DNA of 64,000 nt from an uncultured Bacteroidales bacterium. Its GTDB lineage: Bacteria; Bacteroidota; Bacteroidia; Bacteroidales; WCHB1-69. Under the pieces are notes generated by a model. The model had not been told where the DNA came from and made no database searches. It saw nothing but the letters and a program-made list of their open reading frames with translations. Below are positions 45,214-54,915 of this stretch, piece by piece; positions within the stretch are counted from its first letter, which is position 1; each line of letters begins with the position of its first letter. The stretch is from assembly GCA_905235135.1 (NCBI GenBank), contig CAJOKR010000013.1, positions 82-64,081 on the forward strand, in the 5' to 3' direction. The translations under genes and the position numbers were made by a program.

Positions 45214-45984
45214 TCAGCGGTTGCAGCATCCTCCCGTCATGCGTTTCCATAGTCGCACTGGAATGGACGAGAACAGCGAGATAATGGTGAGCACGGAATT
45301 GAGCACGGTGATGCGAAAGAAGTCCCAGAACGGGCGGAAATGGCTCACACGCTCACCCTCGGGCGGGTAATATACGCGCACAGGAACAGAGACAACCGGC
45401 ACGCTGCGCCATGCGGAGAAGACCAGCAGTTCCAGCTCGGCTTCGTAACGAGGGGTGATGGGCCAACGGAGGTTGATCCGCCCTAGCGGGTAAAGCCGGA
45501 AGCCGCTTTGCGTGTCCTCCAAGCGGATGCCTGTCTGTAGATGGAACCAGAAGTTGGAGAACTTGTTGGCAAAGGTGTTCCTTGACGGCATATTGTCGGC
45601 GGTGAGATTCCGGGAACCGACCACGAGGGCGTCCGTATTGGTTAGGTGACAGTCGATTACAGCGGGAATATCCTCCGGAAAATGCTGACCGTCGGAATCT
45701 ATCGTGACGGCGTAGCGGTAACCGAGCTCCAAAGCCCGTCGAAAGCCATGCATCAGCGCGTACCCCTTGCCCCGATTGGGTATATAACTCACAATTTCAG
45801 GAAGTTCCGACAAGGTTTTGATGGCAGCCAGCGTCTCGGGCGTGCTCCCGTCGTTGACCACGATGATGTTGCGCGTATAGGCCTGCACGCGCCGCAACAC
45901 GTCCGCGATAGTCCGCTCGTTGTTGTACGTCGGCACGATGACGCACATCCGCTCGTCGTCAAAAACCTTCTGCCAATCCGTCAT
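45214..45984 (-). CDS. family 2 glycosyltransferase
   Basis: 256 aa. CVIVPTYNNERTI..., VVNDGSTP and TIDSDGQH (DxD) motifs. C-terminal TM segment. Confidence 0.8.
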   Translation of the reverse strand: MTDWQKVFDDERMCVIVPTYNNERTIADVLRRVQAYTRNIIVVNDGSTPETLAAIKTLSELPEIVSYIPNRGKGYALMHGFRRALELGYRYAVTIDSDGQHFPEDIPAVIDCHLTNTDALVVGSRNLTADNMPSRNTFANKFSNFWFHLQTGIRLEDTQSGFRLYPLGRINLRWPITPRYEAELELLVFSAWRSVPVVSVPVRVYYPPEGERVSHFRPFWDFFRITVLNSVLTIISLFSSIPVRLWKRMTGGCCNR

Positions 45985-46340
45985 GATTCTATCTCAAATA
46001 CCAATGAAAATTTCGTAACAATCCTCTCCTCTACCGTCAATTTTCCTCTGATTGACAGTTGGTTACCCGCATCCTCCATCTTTTCGAACACAAATGCTGT
46101 ATTCACTGATGGCTCCGGTCGCAGCACCTCGATGAACTTCAAATTCTTGATTTCCCGCAATGTGACTTTCTTACCGAAACATGTTCGCAACAACTCCTCA
46201 ACAATCCCCACCTGGCACACTCCCGGTGTGATGGGATTCCCCGGGAAATGACCCTGGTATATCGCACTCTCCGGCAACAACTTGATTTTTACGGTGTTGC
46301 CGGCTGTTTCGATGATTGTATACAGGTCGTTTTGTAGCAT
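45981..46340 (-). CDS. hotdog-fold 3-hydroxyacyl-ACP dehydratase-like protein
   Basis: 119 aa. The GHFPGNPITPGV motif is typical of FabZ/FabA-like dehydratases. ATGA overlap with the GT2 gene. Confidence 0.65.
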   Translation of the reverse strand: MLQNDLYTIIETAGNTVKIKLLPESAIYQGHFPGNPITPGVCQVGIVEELLRTCFGKKVTLREIKNLKFIEVLRPEPSVNTAFVFEKMEDAGNQLSIRGKLTVEERIVTKFSLVFEIES

Positions 46341-46355
46341 AACGTATGTTCTTGA

Positions 46356-46380
46356 TAGAGACGATAAAGATGCGTCTCTA
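46356..46380. repeat. GTAGAGACG-type hairpin (copy 3, shortened)
   Basis: TAGAGACG ATAAAGATG CGTCTCTA. Overlaps the ansA stop codon. Confidence 0.7.
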
Positions 46381-47424
46381 CTCCTCGAAGACGTCGTCCT
46401 CTAATGTCAGTTCGCCCCTCAACGGCACTTCCATCGCCTGTTTGATCTTTTTCACGTCGTCGAAGCAGCCGAGCAGATACATCAGCTTGGTGAGGGCGGC
46501 CTCGGTAGTCATGTCATGGCCGCTGATGACGCCGATGTCGGACAAGTTCTTGCCCGTGTAGTAACGACCCATCAGCACGCCGCCTCCGCCCTTGCACTGG
46601 GTGACGTTGACGATAACAATGTCCCGATTGACAGCCTTCTGCAAAATGCGGGAGAAGTTGGGGTTCGTGGGAGCGTTGCCGACTCCGAAGGTCTCCATAA
46701 TCACCGCCCGCAAACCTTTGGTCTGGAAGACATTCTCCAAAAAGACGTCGCTGATGCCGGGGAAAATCTTCAACACCGCCACGTTATTGTCCATCTTATC
46801 GTGCACAATGAGCGGTTTCTTGCTATTTGGGATAAAGAGATAACGCTTGTGGTAGTCGATGTAGGTGTTCACGTCGGCCAGTTTCGGGTAGTTGGGTGAA
46901 TAGAAAGCGTTGAACCGCGCCGCATCGTCCTTGTAGGTGCGATTGCCACGGTAGAGGGCGTTCTGGAAATAGACGCACACCTCTCGAACAATCGGATGCC
47001 CGTCCTGATGGGCGGACGCAAACTCAATGGCATTCAATATGTTGCGACGACCATCGGTGCGGATGACGCCTAAGGGAAGTTGCGAGCCGGTGAGGATGAC
47101 GGGCTTGGCGAGGTTCTCCAAAAGGAAACTCAGCGCGGAAGCCGTGTAAGCCATCGTGTCGGTGCCGTGCAGCACCACAAAACCGTCGAAATGGGGGTAG
47201 TTCTCCCCTATCACTTTCGCTAACCGGATCCAGAAGGCCGGATCGGTGTCGGAGGAGTCGATCAGCGGGAGAAGAGACTCGAAAGTCAGCTCCACGTCCA
47301 TCAGCGTCAGCATCGGCAGCTGCTGGTGGATGTCCTTGAATTCGAACGGTTTCAGCGATTTCGTTTCGGGATCCATCATCATGCCGATGGTCCCGCCGGT
47401 ATAGATTACTAGAACTTTGCGCAT
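46378..47424 (-). CDS. ansA: type I L-asparaginase
   Basis: 348 aa. N-terminal VIYTGGTIGM threonine motif and HGTDTM motif. Confidence 0.85.
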   Translation of the reverse strand: MRKVLVIYTGGTIGMMMDPETKSLKPFEFKDIHQQLPMLTLMDVELTFESLLPLIDSSDTDPAFWIRLAKVIGENYPHFDGFVVLHGTDTMAYTASALSFLLENLAKPVILTGSQLPLGVIRTDGRRNILNAIEFASAHQDGHPIVREVCVYFQNALYRGNRTYKDDAARFNAFYSPNYPKLADVNTYIDYHKRYLFIPNSKKPLIVHDKMDNNVAVLKIFPGISDVFLENVFQTKGLRAVIMETFGVGNAPTNPNFSRILQKAVNRDIVIVNVTQCKGGGGVLMGRYYTGKNLSDIGVISGHDMTTEAALTKLMYLLGCFDDVKKIKQAMEVPLRGELTLEDDVFEE

Positions 47425-47453
47425 TCTATGAAATTGTTATCGTTTATCGATGC

Positions 47454-47483
47454 TGTAGAGACGCAAAATCTTGCGTTTCTACA
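47454..47483. repeat. GTAGAGACG-type hairpin (copy 4)
   Basis: TGTAGAGACGCAAAATCTTGCGTTTCTACA (one G-T pair). Confidence 0.8.
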
Positions 47484-47498
47484 AAGGTCACATCGTAT

Positions 47499-49061
47499 CT
47501 ATTTCAATATATTTCCGAGAATGTCCCTTGAAATCTCCCTCGTAATGGTTCTCGTGGCCGCGGAAGTGGAACTCTTGATAACCTTCTCGGCGGTGGAGGT
47601 TTTCGACTTGGTCTTCTTGCCGGTCACCTTGTTGCTGACGGCCGTGCCCAACGCGGAGGCGATGGTGGCGGTGACGGCGGTGATGACGGCCTTGATCACC
47701 TTACCGAAGATGCCCTGCTTCTTGGACGACTTCTTCCCGTCCTCCGCTTCCTGTTTGGCCTCTTCAATCGCTTGTTTTTCAGCTTCTTGGGCGGCGAGTG
47801 CCTCTTCCGCCTCTTTAATCAGAAGTTCGAAGGCACTCTCGTTGTCAACGGGGGTGTCGTACTTGCCATAGACGCGGCTTTGCTTGATGATATCCATCCG
47901 CTGGCCTTCGGTGATTGCTCCGATTTGCGACAGCGGGAAGAGAATCTTGGCCCGTTGCACGATGCCGGGAGCCCCCTTCTCGTCGAGGAAACTCACTAAT
48001 GCCTCGCCGGTTTCCAGGTTCATGATGGCCTCGTCGGTCTTGAACGCCGGATTGGCACGGAAGGTGTCGGCGGCGGCGCGTACGGCCTTCTGATCCTTGG
48101 GCGTGTAGGCGCGCAACGCGTGCTGGATGCGGTTGCCTAACTGCCCGAGGATGTTGTCGGGAATGTCGGTCGGATATTGGGTGATGAAGTAGATGCCCAC
48201 GCCCTTGCTTCGGATTAGGCGAATCACCTGCTCAATCTTGTCTATCAATGCTTTGGAGGTATCTTCGAAGAGCGTGTGCGCCTCGTCGAAGAAGAAGACC
48301 AGTTTCGGTTTGTCGAGGTCACCCACTTCCGGAAGCGTGGAGTAGAGTTCGGAAAGCAGCCACAGCAGGAAGGTGCTGTAGAGTTTGGGTTGCATCATCA
48401 GCTTGTCGGCGGCCAGCACGCTCATCACGCCCTTGCCGTTCTCGGTCTGAATGAGGTCGTAGATGTCGAAACTCGGCTCCCCGAGGAACTTGTCCGCCCC
48501 TTGAGCCTCCAGTTGCAGCAGTGCGCGCTGAATGGCCCCGATGGAGGCTGTGGAGACGTTCCCGTACTTCATCGTGTATTCTTTGGCATGTTTGGAGACG
48601 TACTCCAGCATCGCCCGCAGATCCTTGAGGTCGATGATCATCAGCCCGCGCTCGTCGGCGATGCGGAAGACGATGTTGAGGACGCCGTCCTGCGTCTCGT
48701 TGAGGCCGAGCAGACGGGAGAGCAGCTGCGGACCCATTTGGGAGACGGTGGCGCGAATCGGATGCCCTTGCTCGCCGAACACGTCGTAGAAACGCACCGG
48801 ACAGGCTTGGAATTCGGGGTTCTCCAGTCCAAACTCCGGCAGCCGCTTCTCGATGAAGCCGCTCATTTTGCCGACCTGGCTGATGCCCGAGAGGTCGCCC
48901 TTCATATCGGCCATGAAACACGGCACGCCGATTTGGCTGAAGGTTTCGGCCAAAACTTGCAGGCTGACCGTTTTGCCTGTGCCCGTGGCGCCGGCAATCA
49001 ATCCGTGCCTGTTGGCCATCTTTCCTTGAATTGAGAGCGCCCCATCCTCGCAGTGCGCCAC
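47499..49061 (-). CDS. HerA-like ATPase (DUF853 / YjgR family)
   Basis: [25 protein letters not shown] Walker A region. Lys/Ala-rich C-terminal tail. GTG start, so the true N-terminus is uncertain. Confidence 0.8.
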   Translation of the reverse strand: MAHCEDGALSIQGKMANRHGLIAGATGTGKTVSLQVLAETFSQIGVPCFMADMKGDLSGISQVGKMSGFIEKRLPEFGLENPEFQACPVRFYDVFGEQGHPIRATVSQMGPQLLSRLLGLNETQDGVLNIVFRIADERGLMIIDLKDLRAMLEYVSKHAKEYTMKYGNVSTASIGAIQRALLQLEAQGADKFLGEPSFDIYDLIQTENGKGVMSVLAADKLMMQPKLYSTFLLWLLSELYSTLPEVGDLDKPKLVFFFDEAHTLFEDTSKALIDKIEQVIRLIRSKGVGIYFITQYPTDIPDNILGQLGNRIQHALRAYTPKDQKAVRAAADTFRANPAFKTDEAIMNLETGEALVSFLDEKGAPGIVQRAKILFPLSQIGAITEGQRMDIIKQSRVYGKYDTPVDNESAFELLIKEAEEALAAQEAEKQAIEEAKQEAEDGKKSSKKQGIFGKVIKAVITAVTATIASALGTAVSNKVTGKKTKSKTSTAEKVIKSSTSAATRTITREISRDILGNILK

Positions 49062-49193
49062 ATAAAGTCTCGTTGGTGTACATATCGTTACAATTTACTA
49101 TTATCTGTTATCATCGGCCCCACACTGCGGCTTCGCCTTGCGTGGGGCTATTTGCACTCTGTGCGTTTTGCCTCTCCGAGGCTACTCAATGAA

Positions 49194-49793
49194 TTATTCA
49201 TCATTCCTAACGACTATCGCCTTCAGTGTCATCAGTATTATCCTTAAATCCGTTCCTACCGATTGTTCGTCAATATACTTCAAGTTCAACTTTAGTTTGT
49301 CTGGCATAATCTCCTCAATGTAAGTCTTTTCCGGGTCGGGAGAGGTGGCGAGGAGTTCGTTCTCGTTCACGTAGCGGATGGAGGCGTAGTCGGTGAGGCC
49401 CGGGCGCACGCTGAGCACGCGCATCTGCTCGGGCGTGTACATGTCCACATACTTTCGCACCTCCGGACGTGGCCCCACGATACTCATCTCGCCCTTCAGG
49501 ATGTTCAGGAATTGCGGGAATTCGTCAATCTTGTATTTGCGCAAGAAACGGCCCACCTTTGTGATGCGTGCGTCATCGCCGCCCACCGTAATCAGACTGC
49601 CCTTGTCGGCGCCGGTGCACATCGTGCGGAACTTATAGAGCTGGAAATCAACATTGTTTCGCCCCACCCTGCTCTGTTTGTACAGCACGCGTCCTTTGGA
49701 GTCTGCCAAAATCAGCAACGCAATAATCAGCGCGAATGGCAGACCGATCGTGAGCACGATAAGCGAGAACAGAATGTCGAAGAGGCGTTTCAT
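49194..49793 (-). CDS. undecaprenyl-phosphate sugar phosphotransferase (bacterial sugar transferase family)
   Basis: 199 aa. [13 protein letters not shown]..., FRTM, DELPQ-like [22 protein letters not shown] motif. Confidence 0.85.
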   Translation of the reverse strand: MKRLFDILFSLIVLTIGLPFALIIALLILADSKGRVLYKQSRVGRNNVDFQLYKFRTMCTGADKGSLITVGGDDARITKVGRFLRKYKIDEFPQFLNILKGEMSIVGPRPEVRKYVDMYTPEQMRVLSVRPGLTDYASIRYVNENELLATSPDPEKTYIEEIMPDKLKLNLKYIDEQSVGTDLRIILMTLKAIVVRNDE

Positions 49794-49805
49794 GCTGCAG
49801 ATTGA

Positions 49806-51284
49806 TCAGTGATACTTCCAGTAGTCGTTCATTTCATTGCCCCAATAGTCCACCGGCTCCGTATCGTAGATGTCCGTTTGGGTCTGGATTTTGCGCACCA
49901 GCATCATCTTCCAGCTCGGATTCTGCACTTCGCCGTACATGGTGGAATGGATTAACTCGTAGTCCTTGCCCGTCAGCACGGGGTCGTAAAACACAAACTT
50001 CACATTCGTCTGACCGTTCAGGTAGTAGTAGTGCCAAATTTGGTAAGGTAGCGTCACGGGATCGGACGGCTCATCCTTGATTTCGTCGGGCTTTCCGTAT
50101 TGCAGATAAACGCGGCCGCGGTCAGTGAGGTAACCTTTGACCTGTTTGCTGCCAAAGAGCCGCTGCACCTCATCCACCCGTTTCTTGTAGTTCAGCCAGG
50201 CTTCCTCGGGGTTGCCGGGATTGCGTCGCAGCCAGAAGTTGTAGAAGAACTGCTGCAACTGATCCGTCGGGGTGGTCTTCATCCGGTTCTCATAGAATTC
50301 GCGCTCTGTTAAGCTGCTGATGGGATAGAGACAGTTTACATTGTCAATCAGCACTTTACGGTTGGTGTCGAACTCTACGAAGGTGCCTTGAATGCTCGTC
50401 TGACTGTATTCTTCAAGATTCAGCTGCACAGAGGGGTTACTTTTCTGGAAGAAGACCTTGTCGAGCAGCAGCAGACTGTCGCGGTCGTCCAGCAGCTGCA
50501 CCACAGCGAAATAGTTGCCGGAGGGGAGGTTGAAGGTATTGAACTCGTTGAAAACCAGCACTACCTCCTTAGGCGGGTAAGCCATCGTGATAATGTTGGA
50601 AGCCGTTGCGGCGAGGTGCGACTCGGCCTGCTCCACATAGCATTTGGCCGTCAGAGGGCGGTTGCCAAGGATTTTCGGGGTGTTATAGACCTCTAATGCA
50701 AAAGGCAGCGTATATTGCGATTCCGGCACAAAATTGGAGTACAACGGCGGCAGTTCAAAGCCGTATTTCACGAAAAGTCCGCCGGGTTTGGCCACCGATG
50801 CGGATTTGTAAAGCGAAATCTTTGAGGTGGAGATGCGGTCCTCGGGAAAATTGAGGGTGATTTTGTCGATGTAGGAAAGCTGTTCCACTTTCCCGTTGCT
50901 GTCGGGCAGTGCGTTCACATCTTTCATGTAGAAGTAGAGGAAATATTCGCCCTGCGGAAGCTGAACATTCTGGATGTCAGCGAAATCGGGTTTCCCAGCG
51001 CGGGTGGAATCGGCGAACTTGTCGCTGCCGAGGATGTAGTGCAGATGCTTCACAACAGAGTCGTTTTGCTGCATCTCGACCCGGATTTCAACACCAGCTT
51101 CGAAACCTCCCTTCCCGTCGGGCACATAGCGCACGGTATTACCGCCCACCACAAAGGTGAATTCAATGTAGGGTTGCAAGTTGCTGGTACAGTAGGCCTT
51201 GTGGCTGATGAAGGCCTTCATTCCCTGTGCGTAGGATACGACAGTGGCCAACAATATGACAATCAAAAAGGTATATCTTTTCAT
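49806..51284 (-). CDS. GWxTD-domain protein
   Basis: 492 aa, signal peptide. C-terminal KGYLTDRGRVYLQYGKPD resembles the GWxTD signature. Confidence 0.6.
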   Translation of the reverse strand: MKRYTFLIVILLATVVSYAQGMKAFISHKAYCTSNLQPYIEFTFVVGGNTVRYVPDGKGGFEAGVEIRVEMQQNDSVVKHLHYILGSDKFADSTRAGKPDFADIQNVQLPQGEYFLYFYMKDVNALPDSNGKVEQLSYIDKITLNFPEDRISTSKISLYKSASVAKPGGLFVKYGFELPPLYSNFVPESQYTLPFALEVYNTPKILGNRPLTAKCYVEQAESHLAATASNIITMAYPPKEVVLVFNEFNTFNLPSGNYFAVVQLLDDRDSLLLLDKVFFQKSNPSVQLNLEEYSQTSIQGTFVEFDTNRKVLIDNVNCLYPISSLTEREFYENRMKTTPTDQLQQFFYNFWLRRNPGNPEEAWLNYKKRVDEVQRLFGSKQVKGYLTDRGRVYLQYGKPDEIKDEPSDPVTLPYQIWHYYYLNGQTNVKFVFYDPVLTGKDYELIHSTMYGEVQNPSWKMMLVRKIQTQTDIYDTEPVDYWGNEMNDYWKYH

Positions 51285-51319
51285 CTTTTTACAGATTTTC
51301 CATTTTAATTTTGAACCTG

Positions 51320-51327
51320 CAAAGATA
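51320..51327 (-). promoter_or_regulatory. -7 promoter box (TATCTTTG)
   Basis: Reverse complement matches TAnnTTTG, 36 nt upstream of ATG 51284. Confidence 0.5.
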
Positions 51328-51376
51328 CAATTTTTGCATTATATATTTCTGGCAAAATTGCCCTATTTAAAATAAA

Positions 51377-51406
51377 TGTAGAGACGTGCCTTGGCGCGTC
51401 TCTACA
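51377..51406. repeat. GTAGAGACG palindromic hairpin (copy 5)
   Basis: TGTAGAGACGTGCCTTGGCGCGTCTCTACA. Nearly identical to copy 6. Confidence 0.85.
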
Positions 51407-51425
51407 ATGGGATATTCGATAATAA

Positions 51426-52940
51426 TTACCGTAATTTCTTCATCAGCTCCACCGTCAAATCTGCGATGGGCAGGCGGTATTGCTGCATGGTGTCGCGCTC
51501 GCGCACGGTCACCGTCTGGTCTTCCTTGGTCTGGTTGTCGATGGTGACGCAGAACGGGGTGCCGATGGCGTCCTGACGACGGTAGCGGCGGCCGATGGCG
51601 TCTTTGTCCTCGTACTGCACCATGAAATCCTTCTTCAGCATATCGAAAACCTCCTGACCGATTTCCGGCAGCCCGTCTTTCTTGACCAGCGGCAGCACAG
51701 CCACCTTGTAAGGTGCGAGCTTCGCGGGGATGCGCAACACTGTGCGTGTGGAGCCGTCCTCTAAGGTCTCTTCGGTGTAGGCGTGGCTGAAAACCGCGAG
51801 GAACATACGATCGACGCCGATGGAAGTCTCGATGACGTAGGGCACGTAGCTCTCGTTGGTTTCGGGGTCGAAATAGCGCAGTTTCTTGCCGGAATACTGC
51901 TCATGCTGCGAGAGGTCGAAGTTCGTGCGCGAGTGGATGCCCTCCAGCTCCTTGAAGCCGAACGGGAACTTGAACTCGATGTCGGTGGCGGCATTAGCGT
52001 AATGCGCCAGCTTCTCGTGGTCGTGGAAACGATAGTTATCGGGAGCAATGCCGAGGTCGGTATGCCATTTCAGACGGGTCTGTCTCCAATAGTCGAACCA
52101 TTTCAGCTCCTCACCGGGCTTAACGAAGAACTGCATCTCCATCTGCTCGAACTCGCGCATACGGAAAATGAACTGGCGGGCCACAATTTCGTTACGGAAG
52201 GCCTTGCCTATCTGCGCGATACCGAACGGCAGTTTCATACGGCCGGTCTTCTGCACATTGAGGTAGTTGACGAAGATGCCCTGCGCGGTCTCGGGACGAA
52301 GGTAGATGGTGTCAGCGCCGTCGGCCACAGAACCTAACTTGGTGGCGAACATAAGGTTGAATTGACGCACGTCGGTCCAGTTGCGCGTGCCGGAAATCGG
52401 GCACGCGATGCCTAACTCCTCAATCAGCGCCTTCAAACCCACGAGGTCGTTGGCGTTCATCAGCTCGGCGAAACGATTGCGGATGTCATCGACCTGCGCT
52501 TGGTATTGCACCACGCGGGTGTTGGTCTGGCGGTAAAGCACCTCGTCGAAGTTGTTGAAACGCTTCTTAGCCTTTTCAATCTCCTTATCTATCTTATCCT
52601 CAATCTTTTGGATATGATCCTCAATTAGCACGTCAGCACGGTAACGCTTCTTGGAATCCTTGTTGTCGATGAGCGGGTCGTTGAATGCATCCACGTGGCC
52701 GGAAGCCTTCCAGATGGTGGGGTGCATGAAAATGGCGCTGTCGAGGCCCACGATATTGTCGTGGTATTGCACCATAGCCTTCCACCAGTATTGCTTGATG
52801 TTGTTCTTCAGTTCCACTCCGTTCTGACCGTAGTCATACACTGCGCTCAGTCCGTCGTAAATTTCGCTTGACGGGAAAATGAACCCATACTCCTTGGCAT
52901 GGGATATAATCTGTTTGAAAAGGTCTTCGTTGTTTGCCAT
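51426..52940 (-). CDS. glyQS: glycine--tRNA ligase (homodimeric class II)
   Basis: Start chosen at ATG 52940 (MANNEDLFKQIISHAKEYGFIFPSSEIYDGL...). Class II motifs and a C-terminal anticodon-binding domain. The longer ORF to 53231 overlaps porT and is low-complexity. Confidence 0.9.
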   Translation of the reverse strand: MANNEDLFKQIISHAKEYGFIFPSSEIYDGLSAVYDYGQNGVELKNNIKQYWWKAMVQYHDNIVGLDSAIFMHPTIWKASGHVDAFNDPLIDNKDSKKRYRADVLIEDHIQKIEDKIDKEIEKAKKRFNNFDEVLYRQTNTRVVQYQAQVDDIRNRFAELMNANDLVGLKALIEELGIACPISGTRNWTDVRQFNLMFATKLGSVADGADTIYLRPETAQGIFVNYLNVQKTGRMKLPFGIAQIGKAFRNEIVARQFIFRMREFEQMEMQFFVKPGEELKWFDYWRQTRLKWHTDLGIAPDNYRFHDHEKLAHYANAATDIEFKFPFGFKELEGIHSRTNFDLSQHEQYSGKKLRYFDPETNESYVPYVIETSIGVDRMFLAVFSHAYTEETLEDGSTRTVLRIPAKLAPYKVAVLPLVKKDGLPEIGQEVFDMLKKDFMVQYEDKDAIGRRYRRQDAIGTPFCVTIDNQTKEDQTVTVRERDTMQQYRLPIADLTVELMKKLR

Positions 52941-53031
52941 ATTCTTTTTGTTACTGTTTCTGTTTTTGTTCTGACCACCCCGCCCTTCGGGCACCCCTCC
53001 AAAGGAGGGGAATATCCCTCCGAACCAACAC

Positions 53032-53748
53032 TTACTCAAAGATAAACGATATCTGTAGGTTTTTCGCGTGGAGGCCTGTGACGCTCGTGGCGTACATATT
53101 GTCCTCGGGGACGAGCATGTTAATGAAGCCAAACGACATCTTGAGTTCGGTGGAGAACTTGAAGTAGGTGCAGTAGAAGTCGAAGCCGACGCCCACCTGC
53201 GCTTGCACATCGTGGGGGTTGAGTTTGACAACTATATCGCCATTTGCGGGAGCTTTCCTCTTCTTGGCAGAGATCATGTCGAAGGTGTATTGGCCGCCGG
53301 CGATGACGTAGGCGCGGATGTTGTTGAGCATTCGCGAGGATTTGTATTTGAAGAGGATGGGCAGGTCGAGATAGACGGATTCCACATTTTTCGGGGTGAT
53401 GATTTCGGAGCCGTCGGGGTAGCGGACGGTGTAGTCGATGTAGCGGTCGCCGAACGAGAGTCCGGGGATGAATCGCAGGTCGAAATACTTGCCGAGGCGC
53501 AGGTTGGTGACGATACCGAGGCTGAAACCGCTCATGGGGCGAGTGTGCACGAGCATCAGGGAGTCGTACTCCGCCAAATCCGGTTTGGAGGAGATGCGGT
53601 AGTTGAAGTTGTTGTATCCCAGCGTGAAGCCGAAGTGGAACCTGCGTTTGTCGTATTTCAGCAGGTTGGGCACCCCGAACTGGGCGTACGCGTGCGTGGC
53701 GATGCCGAGGCACACAATAGAGAGGGTGAGGATGCGTTTAAGTCTCAT
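53032..53748 (-). CDS. porT: PorT-family outer-membrane beta-barrel protein
   Basis: 238 aa, signal peptide. Alternating beta-strand pattern ending in F. The N-terminal FHFGFTLGYN motif is recalled as typical of PorT/SprT. Confidence 0.6.
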   Translation of the reverse strand: MRLKRILTLSIVCLGIATHAYAQFGVPNLLKYDKRRFHFGFTLGYNNFNYRISSKPDLAEYDSLMLVHTRPMSGFSLGIVTNLRLGKYFDLRFIPGLSFGDRYIDYTVRYPDGSEIITPKNVESVYLDLPILFKYKSSRMLNNIRAYVIAGGQYTFDMISAKKRKAPANGDIVVKLNPHDVQAQVGVGFDFYCTYFKFSTELKMSFGFINMLVPEDNMYATSVTGLHAKNLQISFIFE

Positions 53749-53811
53749 ATTGTCAAATCAAAGATGCCGTAACGAGATTCTGAGTCGTTTAGTATATGAC
53801 GGGAGGAAAAG

Positions 53812-54822
53812 TTAACGGCCGGGAGCGTATTTTGCCATCTCTGCCTTGAGTTGGGCGCAGTTGATGGGCACCACGCCGACATATTCGCACACGATGCCGC
53901 CGGCCAGGTTCGCGGCCAAGCAGGTCTCCTCCACGGAGTGGCCTTTCAGCAGGAAGAGCGTGGAGACGGAGATCACCGTGTCGCCGGCGCCGGAGACGTC
54001 GCTCACGCGGCGCTGGAAGGCGGGCTGATGCTGGAACGTGTCGTTCTGGCGGTCGTAGAAGGCGATACCCTTTGCCGACATGGTCACCATCACCTTGTCG
54101 ATCTTCTGTCGTTCGGCAAATTCCTTGGCCAGCTCGTGGATTTCTTCCAAAGTGAGTTCGGCGTTATCCTCCACGTGGAAGCCCTTCGACATCTCCTTCA
54201 AGTTGGGTTTGAAGAGGTTGACGTTGGTATAGTTGTTGAAATTCTTTTCCTTGGGATCAACGGCCACGTAGATGTTCTTCTTGTGGGCGAAGTTGATAAT
54301 TTCAGAGATCAAGTCCTTGGAGAACAGACCTTTATCATAATCCTCGAAGATGATGGCATCGATTTCGTTGTGGTCGATGATCTGCTCCACGGTGGTCAGG
54401 AACTGCCGTTTTTCGCGCTCCTTCAGCGACTGCACCTTCTCGTCATCCACACGCACGATGTGGCAGTTGTTGCCGATGATGCGGTATTTGATGGTGGTGC
54501 GGCGGCCGTACATCGGGACTATGGCATCGGAGGTGAGGTCGCAGTCCTCCATGAGGTTGTAGAAGACCGTGGCCTTGGAGTCACTGCCGATGACGGAGCA
54601 GAGGATGGGGTCGGCGCCGAGGCTCTTGAGATTGAGGGCCACGTTGGCAGCGCCGCCGAGGCGGTAGCTGCGGTTTTGCACATTCACGATCGGCACGGGC
54701 GCCTCCGGGCTGATGCGCGTGACCTTGCCAGTGAGGTAGCAGTCGATCATTACATCCCCGATAACCAGTATCTTAGCATTCTTGAATTCCTCAAAAATCA
54801 GATCTACATTTTCCTTTTTCAT
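53812..54822 (-). CDS. D-glycero-beta-D-manno-heptose-7-phosphate kinase (RfaE domain I, PfkB family)
   Basis: Start at ATG 54822. ILVIGDVMIDCYLTGKVTRISPEAPVPIV is typical of RfaE domain I. C-terminal GAGD motif. Confidence 0.75.
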   Translation of the reverse strand: MKKENVDLIFEEFKNAKILVIGDVMIDCYLTGKVTRISPEAPVPIVNVQNRSYRLGGAANVALNLKSLGADPILCSVIGSDSKATVFYNLMEDCDLTSDAIVPMYGRRTTIKYRIIGNNCHIVRVDDEKVQSLKEREKRQFLTTVEQIIDHNEIDAIIFEDYDKGLFSKDLISEIINFAHKKNIYVAVDPKEKNFNNYTNVNLFKPNLKEMSKGFHVEDNAELTLEEIHELAKEFAERQKIDKVMVTMSAKGIAFYDRQNDTFQHQPAFQRRVSDVSGAGDTVISVSTLFLLKGHSVEETCLAANLAGGIVCEYVGVVPINCAQLKAEMAKYAPGR

Positions 54823-54840
54823 GTCCAAAAAATTAGTCGG

Positions 54841-54848
54841 CAAAGATA
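54841..54848 (-). promoter_or_regulatory. -7 promoter box (TATCTTTG)
   Basis: Reverse complement matches TAnnTTTG, 19 nt upstream of ATG 54822. Confidence 0.5.
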
Positions 54849-54915
54849 CATTTTTTTTGGGTCTCCAATCCGAAAAAATCCTATTTTCGCAGCCCTTTTC
54901 AAGAACAAGAAGAAT

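Noticed and set aside
49059-49083. Possible frameshift at the start of the HerA-like ATPase gene. ATG 49083 (MYTNETL) lies in another frame, and the expected N-terminus is longer than the GTG-started one.
   Set aside because: GTG 49061 already gives a workable start 14 residues before the MANRHG motif. The evidence for a shift is only a length analogy with YjgR proteins.
52941-53231. Upstream extension of the glyQS ORF to 53231
   Set aside because: It overlaps porT and a hairpin region, and the translation is low-complexity. ATG 52940 gives the canonical GlyRS N-terminus.
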